A stretch of 20,393 nt of DNA from an uncultured Negativicutes bacterium (GCA_963721525.1 CAVRJL010000012.1:1-20393); one strand, 5' to 3'; shown: positions 1 through 12,254, counted from the stretch's first letter. Translations and numbers: made by a program. Notes: generated by a model not told the origin, from the letters alone.

Positions 1-155
1 ATAAAAGCCAGAGTCCCCTGAGCTGGAAGGCGAAGGGGTTAAAAAAGAATTAACACATAAATAAAATTAAGAGCCATAAGGCTTGAAATAGAATAGGTAT
101 ATAAACTACATAATATTATAATAAGTAGTAATATTATGTAGATAGGTATAGAAAT

Positions 156-1752
<1,597 letters not shown>

Positions 1753-1903
1753 AAAAACGTAAGGATAATTGTATGCTGTATTAAATGGCGCAAGGAAACT
1801 TACTAAAAAAGCGTACTGGCACGCGTACATTGTTCAGTATTCAGGGTGTCGAAATAATTGCTGTCAGGCAGCGATAATTAGCTGTAAGCTGACGGGCGGA
1901 AAT

Positions 1904-1980
1904 GGGCCTATAGCTCAGTTGGTTAGAGCGCACGCTTGATAAGCGTGAGGTCGATGGTTCAAGTCCACCTAGGCCCACCA
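1904..1980 (+). tRNA. tRNA-Ile (GAU)
   Basis: Acceptor GGGCCTA/TAGGCCC, anticodon arm CACGC-TTGATAA-GCGTG, T loop TTCAAGT, encoded CCA; usual position in the rrn spacer. Confidence 0.98.
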
Positions 1981-2020
1981 AAAACATTTATTAATATATT
2001 ATTAATAAATGTCAAGAGAT

Positions 2021-2096
2021 GGGGGCATAGCTCAGCTGGGAGAGCACCTGCCTTGCAAGCAGGGGGTCAGGAGTTCGATTCTCCTTGTCTCCACCA
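2021..2096 (+). tRNA. tRNA-Ala (UGC)
   Basis: Acceptor GGGGGCA/TGTCTCC with G3-U70, anticodon loop CTTGCAA, T loop TTCGATT, encoded CCA. Confidence 0.98.
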
Positions 2097-2131
2097 ATAA
2101 AGAACAAAAAAGAACAAAGTAGATGGTAAAA

Positions 2132-2155
2132 TGCACCTTGAAAACTACACAGAGA
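2132..2155 (+). other. 5' arm of the pre-23S processing stem
   Basis: TGCACCTTGAAAACTACACAGAGA is complementary (with G-U pairs) to TCTCTGTGTAGTTTTCAGGGTGTA at 5369-5392; typical RNase III stem bracketing 23S. Confidence 0.85.
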
Positions 2156-2277
2156 GAAAATAAAGCGTGGGACATATTTCATCAGAGAAGAGATATGTTT
2201 ATACTATCTTATAAAAAATAAGGTAAAAAAGCGCAAATAGGATTTAAAAACGAGATAAACCTAAAAAAGGTGAAATA

Positions 2278-5311
<3,034 letters not shown>

Positions 5312-5403
5312 TATATAGACAAGCGCTTTATGAACACGCGAACAGAAACAAACTATGGTTAATCTGAATCTCTGTGTAGTTTTCAGGGTGTAAACCCTGA
5401 ATA

Positions 5404-5520
5404 TCCTGGTGGTTAAGCGGAGGGGATCCACCTATTTCCATCCCGAATATAGTAGTTAAGCCCTCTTGCGCTGATGGTACTTGGTTGGTAACGGCCTGGG
5501 AGAGTAAGTAGCTGCCAGTT
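5404..5520 (+). rRNA. rrf: 5S rRNA
   Basis: CTGGTGG...CCATCCCGAAT...GTTAAG...GATGGTACT...GGGAGAGTAAGTAGCTGCCAG directly after 23S; ends approximate. Confidence 0.96.
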
Positions 5521-5526
5521 TATCTT

Positions 5527-5559
5527 GGACGTCTCTTTTAAAAGAGACGTCTTTTTTTT
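5527..5559 (+). terminator. Intrinsic terminator of the rrn operon
   Basis: Perfect palindrome GACGTCTCTTTTAAAAGAGACGTC (5528-5551) followed by T8. Confidence 0.9.
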
Positions 5560-5562
5560 ATA

Positions 5563-5656
5563 TGACATTTGTTTAACATAATAATTTGATATTTATTTAA
5601 CATAATAATTTGATATTTATTTAACATAATAATTTGATATTTATTTAACATAATAA
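5563..5656. repeat. 24-bp tandem repeat, about 4 copies
   Basis: Unit TGATATTTATTTAACATAATAATT at 5587-5610 and 5611-5634 (exact), 5635-5656 (truncated) and 5563-5586 (2 mismatches). Confidence 0.95.
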
Positions 5657-5673
5657 AAAAAATGAAGTATAAT
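5645..5673 (+). promoter_or_regulatory. Putative sigma-A promoter for the mccA/cysK gene
   Basis: TTAACA (5645-5650), 17 nt, TATAAT (5668-5673); the AT-rich background weakens the call. Confidence 0.5.
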
Positions 5674-5737
5674 TAATATAAATTATAAATATATTATAAT
5701 TTATCAATTAAGCTATACTATTCTACAAAGGAAAAGA

Positions 5738-6664
5738 ATGAAAAAATATTGTAATAGCATTTATGAATTAATTGGTAATACACCAATATTAAAAATTCAA
5801 TCATGGAATTTACCAGATGGAGTCGAAATCTTTGCTAAACTTGAATATCTTAATCCTGGAGGAAGTAATAAAGATAGGATAGGATTAAGTTTAATAGAAG
5901 AAGCAGAAAAAAAAGGTAAATTAAAGTCAGGTTCTACGATTATTGAGCCAACATCAGGAAATACAGGTATTGCGTTAGCACTGGCCGCTATAAAAAAAGG
6001 ATATAAAGTTATAATTGTTACAACCGAAAAATGTTCTTCTGAAAAAAAAGCATTGATGAAAGCTTTTGGAGCACAAGTAATCACTATTCCTGATGTACAA
6101 GGAACGGATGGAGCTGTGGTAAAAGCAAATGAATTAGCAAAAACAATTAAAAATTCTTTTGTTCCTAATCAATTCGATAATCAGGCTAATCCTCTTGCTC
6201 ATTATAAAACAACAGGCCCAGAAATATATGAGCAATTAGGCGGTAATATTGACTATTTTATAGCTGGGGTAGGAACTGGTGGTACACTTACTGGAGTGGG
6301 ACGATTCCTGAAAGAAAAAAATTCATCTATACAGATTATTGCAGTGGAGCCTGAAGGATCTATATTGGGTGGAGGGGAAAAAAAAGCGTATCTTGTAGAA
6401 GGAATAGGTATGACGACAATACCTAACTCATTAGATACTACACTTATTAATTCAGTTTATACTATAAAGGATAAAGATTCATTTCGAGTAACGCAACAAC
6501 TAGCTTTGAGAGAAGGATTACTTGTAGGTGCTTCTTCAGGAACAGTAATGGTTGCTGCTCTTAAACTAGTTCAAAATATTAGCTCGCCAACCAGAATAGT
6601 TATAGTGTTTCCCGATCGTTCTGATAGATATTTAAGTAAAGATATTTATAATTTAAGTTGTTAA
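5738..6664 (+). CDS. PLP-dependent cysteine synthase family protein, most like O-acetylserine-dependent cystathionine beta-synthase (MccA type)
   Basis: IGNTP, KLEYLNPGGSNKDR (PLP lysine), PTSGNTG, GVGTGGT; the VEPEGSILGGG..EGIGM segment and FPDRSDRYLSKDIY C-terminus resemble B. subtilis MccA more than CysK. RBS AAGGA. Family certain, subfamily less so. Confidence 0.88.
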   Translation: MKKYCNSIYELIGNTPILKIQSWNLPDGVEIFAKLEYLNPGGSNKDRIGLSLIEEAEKKGKLKSGSTIIEPTSGNTGIALALAAIKKGYKVIIVTTEKCSSEKKALMKAFGAQVITIPDVQGTDGAVVKANELAKTIKNSFVPNQFDNQANPLAHYKTTGPEIYEQLGGNIDYFIAGVGTGGTLTGVGRFLKEKNSSIQIIAVEPEGSILGGGEKKAYLVEGIGMTTIPNSLDTTLINSVYTIKDKDSFRVTQQLALREGLLVGASSGTVMVAALKLVQNISSPTRIVIVFPDRSDRYLSKDIYNLSC

Positions 6665-7376
6665 AATTTGCTCCTTAAATACCGTAATGCCCCTTGTACT
6701 AACTATGAAGAGAAGAGATATTGGCATTTTAAATTCTATTATATAGATATAAATAAAATATTTTATTTAATACGATTAATTTTTTCCGCTCTTTATTCTG
6801 ACATTTCTATTGAATTTGACAGAAAATCAGTTTTTTAATTATGGAATAAATAATGTGATGTATTGATCTCATGCTCTCTTTTGTCAAAAGTTTAGAACTA
6901 AATGTTATAAATTTTTGTTTGTTATTTAGAAGGCAGATACAAAACAGATTTAGTTGAGATAAGATTATTATCTCTATATTGCTTATATCGTTAAATTATA
7001 GATATTTTCAATTTATGAACAAAAAACTATATTACCGATAGTAAAATAATCTGTTAGGAAGAAATGTTATTTATTAAATTTAGAGTTAATTTATTTATGT
7101 TATTTAGTAAATGCATAGAAAATTATAGTATGAGAGAAAACTGATAAATGCCTACAATAGATAAAGGTTTTTTTGCGGTAAATATATTTACTGTATAGCT
7201 TTTTATTTTGAATAAATTAGGAAATTTTGTTTGTTCATAATCTATTTTGTTATATATTTTTGTAGCCAAATAAATACTTTCATCTAAATAGAGAGTAAAA
7301 ATGACTTTTATTATTATAAATAATGGGTTGCTATTTTTTAACTAATCCTAAGACAGTTAAAATCATTTTACTTCAT
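6661..7376 (-). pseudogene. Possible heavily decayed gene, tentatively butyrate kinase-like
   Basis: Minus-strand GGAG (7390-7387) then ATG AAG TAA; fragments ILTV.G..KIA, KPLSIVGIYQF (about 7170-7138) and LVQGALRYLR (6702-6673) occur in the order of Buk motifs ILTINPGSTSTKI, KPIESGTYEV and LAQGALRVLR. By-eye match only. Confidence 0.3.
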
Positions 7377-7509
7377 TTTCAAACTACTCCAAATTTAATA
7401 TATAGAGTATATTATAGTAATTTTATCTTTTCTGTCTTTATATGCACTTTATATATAAAAATAGGTTTTAAATAAATTTTTAATTATTACATATGTTTTA
7501 AAAAATATG

Positions 7510-7537
7510 TTGACAAATAAAGGTATTTAATTAAAAT
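7510..7537 (+). promoter_or_regulatory. Putative sigma-A promoter for hup
   Basis: TTGACA (7510-7515), 16 nt, TAAAAT (7532-7537). Confidence 0.55.
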
Positions 7538-7593
7538 GATAATATGTGCATAGATGCTAGATTTAAACGTACAAAAAAGGAGGATCCCTTAAA

Positions 7594-7881
7594 GTGAACA
7601 AATTGGAACTTGTAACTGCTTTTGCGCAAAAGGCAGAATGTACGAAAAAAAGCGCAGAAAATTCAATAAACGTTTTTATTGAAACAATTACGGAATCTTT
7701 ACAAAAAGGTGAAAAAGTACAATTAATTGGATTTGGATCTTTTGAGACACGCGAACGTAAAGCACGTACGGGGCGTAATCCTAGAACAGGGAAAAGTATA
7801 GAAATTGCCGCGAGTAAAAGTATTGTTTTTAAGCCTGGAAAAATTTTAAAAGAAGCTGCAAATAAAATTAAAAAGAAATAA
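7594..7881 (+). CDS. hup: HU family DNA-binding protein
   Basis: MNKLELV..., GEKVQLIGFGSFE, RKARTGRNPRTG, FKPGK; GTG start after AGGAGG. Confidence 0.97.
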   Translation: MNKLELVTAFAQKAECTKKSAENSINVFIETITESLQKGEKVQLIGFGSFETRERKARTGRNPRTGKSIEIAASKSIVFKPGKILKEAANKIKKK

Positions 7882-8237
7882 TTACAATTTTTCAAATTTT
7901 CAAAACATCCGTTTTTTAAATATTTCAGTTGTATATAGTGTAACTGCAAGTATAGTTTGTATGCAGTTACCTGGAATATTAATAAGTGGGTGTTTTTTAT
8001 TTTTATAAATTCCCTTCTTCACTTTTCAATCTTTATATTTTCTGATAATTTTTAAAAAGTCCAAAAATTAGAGACATTGAACTAAGATAATATTAAGGGA
8101 TTTTTCCATTATTTATTATCTAAATTTTATTAGATTAACTATAAAAATTAAAGTTAATTAGGATAATGTTAAATATTGTTTAACTTATCAAGTCTATATC
8201 TTAACAAACAATGTTGCTATAAAAATCCGGATAAAAA

Positions 8238-8266
8238 TTGGAAAAACACTTAGAAAATGTTATAAT
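8238..8266 (+). promoter_or_regulatory. Putative extended -10 promoter upstream of coaX
   Basis: TTGGAA (8238-8243), 17 nt, TATAAT (8261-8266), preceded by TGn. Confidence 0.5.
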
Positions 8267-8436
8267 GATCTAGAATTTAAATCGTGGCTATAAAAATTTA
8301 ATTCTTTAAATACTTGTTTAATATAAAATAATTGAGCTAAAGGTATTTATTGGGTTTATAAAATTTTATAGTTTATGTGTAAAGATAAAAACTTTTTTAA
8401 ATTACATAAAGCAGATAGATTAGTATGGGAAATAGA

Positions 8437-9201
8437 ATGATTATTGTCTTTGATATAGGAAATAGTAATATTGTAATGGGTGTATACAAAAAAGACATTA
8501 TTATACATCATTGGCGAATTTCAACAGATAAGGGCAAAACGGCTGATGAATACGGTATGATTGTTGATGGTCTGTTTCGTTATGCAAATTTGAAGATGAA
8601 TAAGATTAAATCAGTAGTTATTTCTTCAGTTGTTCCTACAATTAATGTTCCAATACAAAGAATGGTACAAAGATATTTTAACTTAGAACCTTTTTTTGTT
8701 GACCATACAGTAAAACTAGGAATAAAAGAATGTGATAATACTTATGATCCTAAAGGCTCGGATTTAATATGTGGGGCTGTAGCAGCATATAAAAAATATG
8801 GCGGACCTACCATTATCATAGATTTTGGAACAGCAACAACTTTTTTTGCTATAGATAATGAGGGAAAATTTTTAGGTGGAGCAATTGTACCGGGGATAGG
8901 AATTTCTGCAGATGCTTTATTTGAGAAAACTGCTAAACTACCTAAGGTAGAAGTTTTAAGACCTAAATCTATAATTAACCTAGATACTATAGGTGCAATA
9001 CAAGCAGGGATTTTTTATGGCATAGTTGGACAAGTAGATGAAGTTGTACGAAGAATAAAAAACGAACTTAAAAAAAAAGCAAAAGTTATTGCAACCGGAG
9101 GCTTTGTTAATCTCATAAAAAAAGAATCTTCTACAATTGAATTTGTAGACCCATTCTTGGTTTTAGACGGAGCAAAACTAATTTATGAAGCAAACCTATA
9201 A
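8437..9201 (+). CDS. coaX: Type III pantothenate kinase
   Basis: VFDIGNSN, ISSVVP, IIDFGTATT, GGAIVPG, TAKLPKV, VIATGG. The second ATG (8437) fits the family N-terminus better than 8425. Confidence 0.96.
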   Translation: MIIVFDIGNSNIVMGVYKKDIIIHHWRISTDKGKTADEYGMIVDGLFRYANLKMNKIKSVVISSVVPTINVPIQRMVQRYFNLEPFFVDHTVKLGIKECDNTYDPKGSDLICGAVAAYKKYGGPTIIIDFGTATTFFAIDNEGKFLGGAIVPGIGISADALFEKTAKLPKVEVLRPKSIINLDTIGAIQAGIFYGIVGQVDEVVRRIKNELKKKAKVIATGGFVNLIKKESSTIEFVDPFLVLDGAKLIYEANL

Positions 9202-9208
9202 AAAGTAA

Positions 9209-9327
9209 ATAATATTATTATTAGTGTTAGCGCCGATAATAGGAGTGGCTAATTATAATGAATCTTTTATATAAGTAAATTCGGTGGATATGTAACATCG
9301 TTGAGAGTAAATAGAAGTTTGTTATTC
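9209..9327 (+). pseudogene. dusB: Relic of tRNA-dihydrouridine synthase DusB (5' part)
   Basis: LVLAPIIGVANY (9221-9256) vs DusB LAPMAGVTD; after frameshifts LLYK* (9264-9278) and FGGYVTSLRVNRSLLF (9280-9327) vs LLCKEFGAGLVYSEMVSAKALLY. coaX-dusB adjacency is common in Clostridia and Negativicutes. Confidence 0.7.
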
Positions 9328-9428
9328 ATTTCTTATTGCATAAGCAATAGTAAATAAATTAACGAATGATTATATAAACCCTATATCTAAAATTATAGAA
9401 AAATTATAATTAATCGGAGAAAATTGAT

Positions 9429-10415
9429 GTGTTTGATAAACATAATAGAAAAATAGATTATTTACGATTATCAGTGACAGATAAATGTAATTTTCGTTGT
9501 CTGTATTGTGCTTCAGAAAAAGAGTTTAACTCGTTAAATAATAATGACCTTTTAACATACAAGGAATTTTTAAGAATAGTTCATTTGTTCTGCCAGTTAG
9601 GCATTAAAACAGTAAGAATAACCGGAGGTGAACCGTTAATAAAAAAAGATATAATTGATTTTATATATAAATTATCTAAAATTAATTATATCGAAAATTT
9701 AGTAATGACTACTAATGGTAGTTTACTTCCACAATATGTTAACCAGCTTTATCAAGTAGGTATAAAACGTCTTAATATAAGTTTAAATACTTTTGATAAG
9801 GAACGATATAGAATTATTACAGGTAATTGTGGAGAACTTTCTAATGTTCTAAAAGGTATAGAAAAAGCTCTAAAAATAGGTTTTAAAGCGATTAAATTAA
9901 ATATTGTATTAACTAATATGATTCAAAAAGATTATTTGTTTAAATTAATCCAATATGTCAAAGAAAATTTTATACATGCACGATTTATCGAATACATGCC
10001 TATGGGAAGCATTCCCTTGATTGTAAATTATACTATAGAGGAAATAAAAAAGAAAATAATTAATATTGCCAAAGAACAATTAGTATCAATTTCTAATATT
10101 CAGGGAAACGGACCAGCCAACTACTATAGTTTTAAGAATTTTAAGGGATCCTTTGGATTTATCTCCCCTATAAGTAATCATTTTTGTAAAACTTGCAATA
10201 GAATAAGGTTGACAGCAGATGGAAAAATAAAGCCTTGCTTACTATCAAATATAGAGGTAGATATAAAAACTCCTCTAAGAAATAAAGAAAATGATAAATT
10301 TTTGATTGAATTGATAAAGGAAGCTATTATTAATAAACCAAAAAAGCATTTTCTTAAAATAAATAATATGGAAAAAACAAGTTGTTCAAGAAGTATGTTT
10401 CAAATAGGTGGCTAA
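9429..10415 (+). CDS. moaA: GTP 3',8-cyclase MoaA (Moco biosynthesis, radical SAM)
   Basis: YLRLSVTDKCNFRCLYC, TGGEPL, TTNG, RFIEYMPMG, second cluster FCKTCNRIRLTADGKIKPCL, C-terminal IGG; GTG start after GGAG. Confidence 0.98.
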   Translation: MFDKHNRKIDYLRLSVTDKCNFRCLYCASEKEFNSLNNNDLLTYKEFLRIVHLFCQLGIKTVRITGGEPLIKKDIIDFIYKLSKINYIENLVMTTNGSLLPQYVNQLYQVGIKRLNISLNTFDKERYRIITGNCGELSNVLKGIEKALKIGFKAIKLNIVLTNMIQKDYLFKLIQYVKENFIHARFIEYMPMGSIPLIVNYTIEEIKKKIINIAKEQLVSISNIQGNGPANYYSFKNFKGSFGFISPISNHFCKTCNRIRLTADGKIKPCLLSNIEVDIKTPLRNKENDKFLIELIKEAIINKPKKHFLKINNMEKTSCSRSMFQIGG

Positions 10416-10422
10416 AAATTAA

Positions 10423-11131
10423 ATAACATATACTGTGTATTTAAATTACGTAACTTTAGAAAAAGTAAGAAAAATAATAAAAGAAGATTTTAATGTTAAA
10501 CCTAAGGATAAGTATCTAGCAAATCCTATATTTTATAAATCTAGATAAATAATTTATTATATAGATAATAAGAAATTTTGAAAATAAAAAGTATTTATTG
10601 AGAATAATATTCTCAATAGTGTATCTAGAAAAAATATTTTACTATACTACAAGAAATCAGTTGGTATGATAGAATTCTTGTAAGAAAGTAAAAACTTAAG
10701 CATAGAATAACAGTAATGAATTTATATGCTAAAAATTAAATTTATCATTACAATAAATAAAGATAAATTTTTAGAGGAAAAAACGGAATCATTACTGATG
10801 ATTGAGTGCGTATTGTAGATAAATATTTAGTTGTACATCTATAAAAATAAAGTTTTTATGATGATATTGTTTAGTTAAAACAGATAAAATAGTGATATTA
10901 TGATAATAAATTTCGATCATCATGCGGTGTTCAAGCCTAATAGCTCGATGTTGTTCAATTAATGTAGATAAAAAATCTGTATGCATATGACTATATGTAT
11001 ATGACTATCACCTTATATCTATAGGATATGCAAAACAATATTTATATAAAAAATTTTATGGATATGTATTTGAGAAATTCAGAATTGATGGTAAAATAAG
11101 ACAAAATTTGATTTATCTACTTGACACATAA
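10423..11131 (+). pseudogene. hemW: Relic of radical-SAM heme chaperone HemW (HemN-like)
   Basis: Collinear fragments TVYL..LEKVRKIIKEDFNVKP..ANP (10432-10527), ENNILNSVSR..KKSVGM..KNLSIE (10600-10707, same frame), LSAY (10802-10813) and YGYVFEKF..DG (about 11057-11092). hemW normally precedes hrcA in Bacillota. Many stop codons. Confidence 0.55.
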
Positions 11132-11149
11132 CTTGATTCATACTATTAT
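11121..11149 (+). promoter_or_regulatory. Sigma-A promoter of the hrcA-dnaK operon
   Basis: TTGACA (11121-11126), 17 nt, TATTAT (11144-11149), just upstream of CIRCE. Confidence 0.85.
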
Positions 11150-11160
11150 ATTTCATAGTA

Positions 11161-11187
11161 TTAGCACTCTTTACTATAGAGTGCTAA
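11161..11187. promoter_or_regulatory. CIRCE element (HrcA operator)
   Basis: Perfect consensus TTAGCACTC-N9-GAGTGCTAA. Confidence 0.99.
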
Positions 11188-11222
11188 TACAAATATTATT
11201 ATACACAGGATGCGAGGGATAT

Positions 11223-12254
11223 ATGCTTGATGAAAGAAAAAAACGTATTCTTCAAGCTATTATTGAAGATTTTATAAATACGGCAGAGCCAATAGGTTCA
11301 CGCACAATTGCGCGTAAGATGAATATTGGAGTTAGTTCTGCTACTATTCGTAATGAAATGGCAGACTTAGAAGAACTAGGATTTTTAGAACAGCCTTATA
11401 CTTCTGCCGGACGAAAACCTTCAGCCAAAGCCTATCGGTTCTATGTTGATTGTTTGTTATCTCCCTTAAATCTTAGTAATCATGAAGTTTTTTTAATTAA
11501 AAAATGGTATAATGAACGTGCCAATCAATTAGAAAGTATTTTTGCAGAAACAGTAAAAATTTTATCTCATGTTACGCACAATGTTTCTTTAATGTTTACA
11601 CAGCAAGAATTAAATGGAACATTTAATTCTATTCATTTTTTACCTTTAGACTTGCATAGAGTGATAATGGTAGTAGTTGGGGAAAATGGCATTTTAGAAA
11701 ACAAAATCATTACTGTTTCTAAAAATCTAAAAGTCGATGATTTACAGTATATAGCAACTGTGATTAATAATAATTTTTCAGGTAGAAAAACTACTGACAT
11801 TAGCCTAGAATTTATTGAAACAATCAAAAAAGAGTCCATCTTGAATTCTACATTTATAGATATTCTATTAGATGAATTGCGTTTATTTGGGAAAAAGAAG
11901 AAAAACAAAAAACTATATTCGGATGGAGCAGCCGAATTAATAAATAAGCCGGAATTTCGCGACATTAGGAAATTGCATTGCTTTATGCAATTATTAGAAG
12001 AAGAAAATTTTATGTATGATCTGTTGCGTAATGAAGTAAATGATGGAATAGTTATTACTATAGGTCAAGAAAATAAATTTAGCGCTATGAATGATTGTAG
12101 TATCATTCAAGCGTCTTTTAGAATTAATGGAGAAACAGTAGGTAAAATTGCGGTCTTAGGACCTACAAGAATGCACTATGGAAAAATTATTTCTACTTTA
12201 AATTTTATGACTAAATATATGATAGAGTTAATAAAACATCACTCACAAAGTTAA
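11223..12254 (+). CDS. hrcA: Heat-inducible transcription repressor HrcA
   Basis: MLDERKKRILQAII, EPIGSRTI, SSATIRNEMADLEELGFLEQPYTSAGR, VLGPTRM; start moved to ATG 11223 (after GAGGG) because the ORF-track start lies in the promoter. Confidence 0.98.
   Translation: MLDERKKRILQAIIEDFINTAEPIGSRTIARKMNIGVSSATIRNEMADLEELGFLEQPYTSAGRKPSAKAYRFYVDCLLSPLNLSNHEVFLIKKWYNERANQLESIFAETVKILSHVTHNVSLMFTQQELNGTFNSIHFLPLDLHRVIMVVVGENGILENKIITVSKNLKVDDLQYIATVINNNFSGRKTTDISLEFIETIKKESILNSTFIDILLDELRLFGKKKKNKKLYSDGAAELINKPEFRDIRKLHCFMQLLEEENFMYDLLRNEVNDGIVITIGQENKFSAMNDCSIIQASFRINGETVGKIAVLGPTRMHYGKIISTLNFMTKYMIELIKHHSQS

Noticed and set aside
2099-2118. AAAGAACAAA x2 after tRNA-Ala
   Set aside because: Low-complexity duplication in the spacer with no evidence of function.
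5563-5656. CRISPR array
   Set aside because: The repeats are contiguous with no unique spacers, and there are no cas genes.
8330-8440. Possible birA 3' relic (AKGI...LHKAD) before coaX
   Set aside because: Synteny would fit, but no GRGR or KWPND motif is traceable and the match is within chance for AT-rich DNA.
9277-9294. KFGG aspartokinase-like start after an AGGAG
   Set aside because: Better explained as part of the dusB relic (KEFGAG region) given the upstream LAP..GV motif and synteny.
9202-9428. Moco riboswitch or ModE box upstream of moaA
   Set aside because: I see no Moco RNA motif core, and TATAT-N6-TATAT (9371-9386) is one base off ModE spacing and lacks the flanking CG.
10792-10986. 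64-aa minus-strand ORF
   Set aside because: No RBS or recognisable motif; it overlaps the plus-strand hemW relic.
10980-11007. 14-bp tandem duplication TATGYATATGACTA x2
   Set aside because: Real but most simply explained as slippage in neutral pseudogene DNA.
11121-11222. 34-aa N-terminal extension of HrcA in the ORF track
   Set aside because: The TTG is the -35 box and the extension spans the promoter and CIRCE; family homology starts at ATG 11223.
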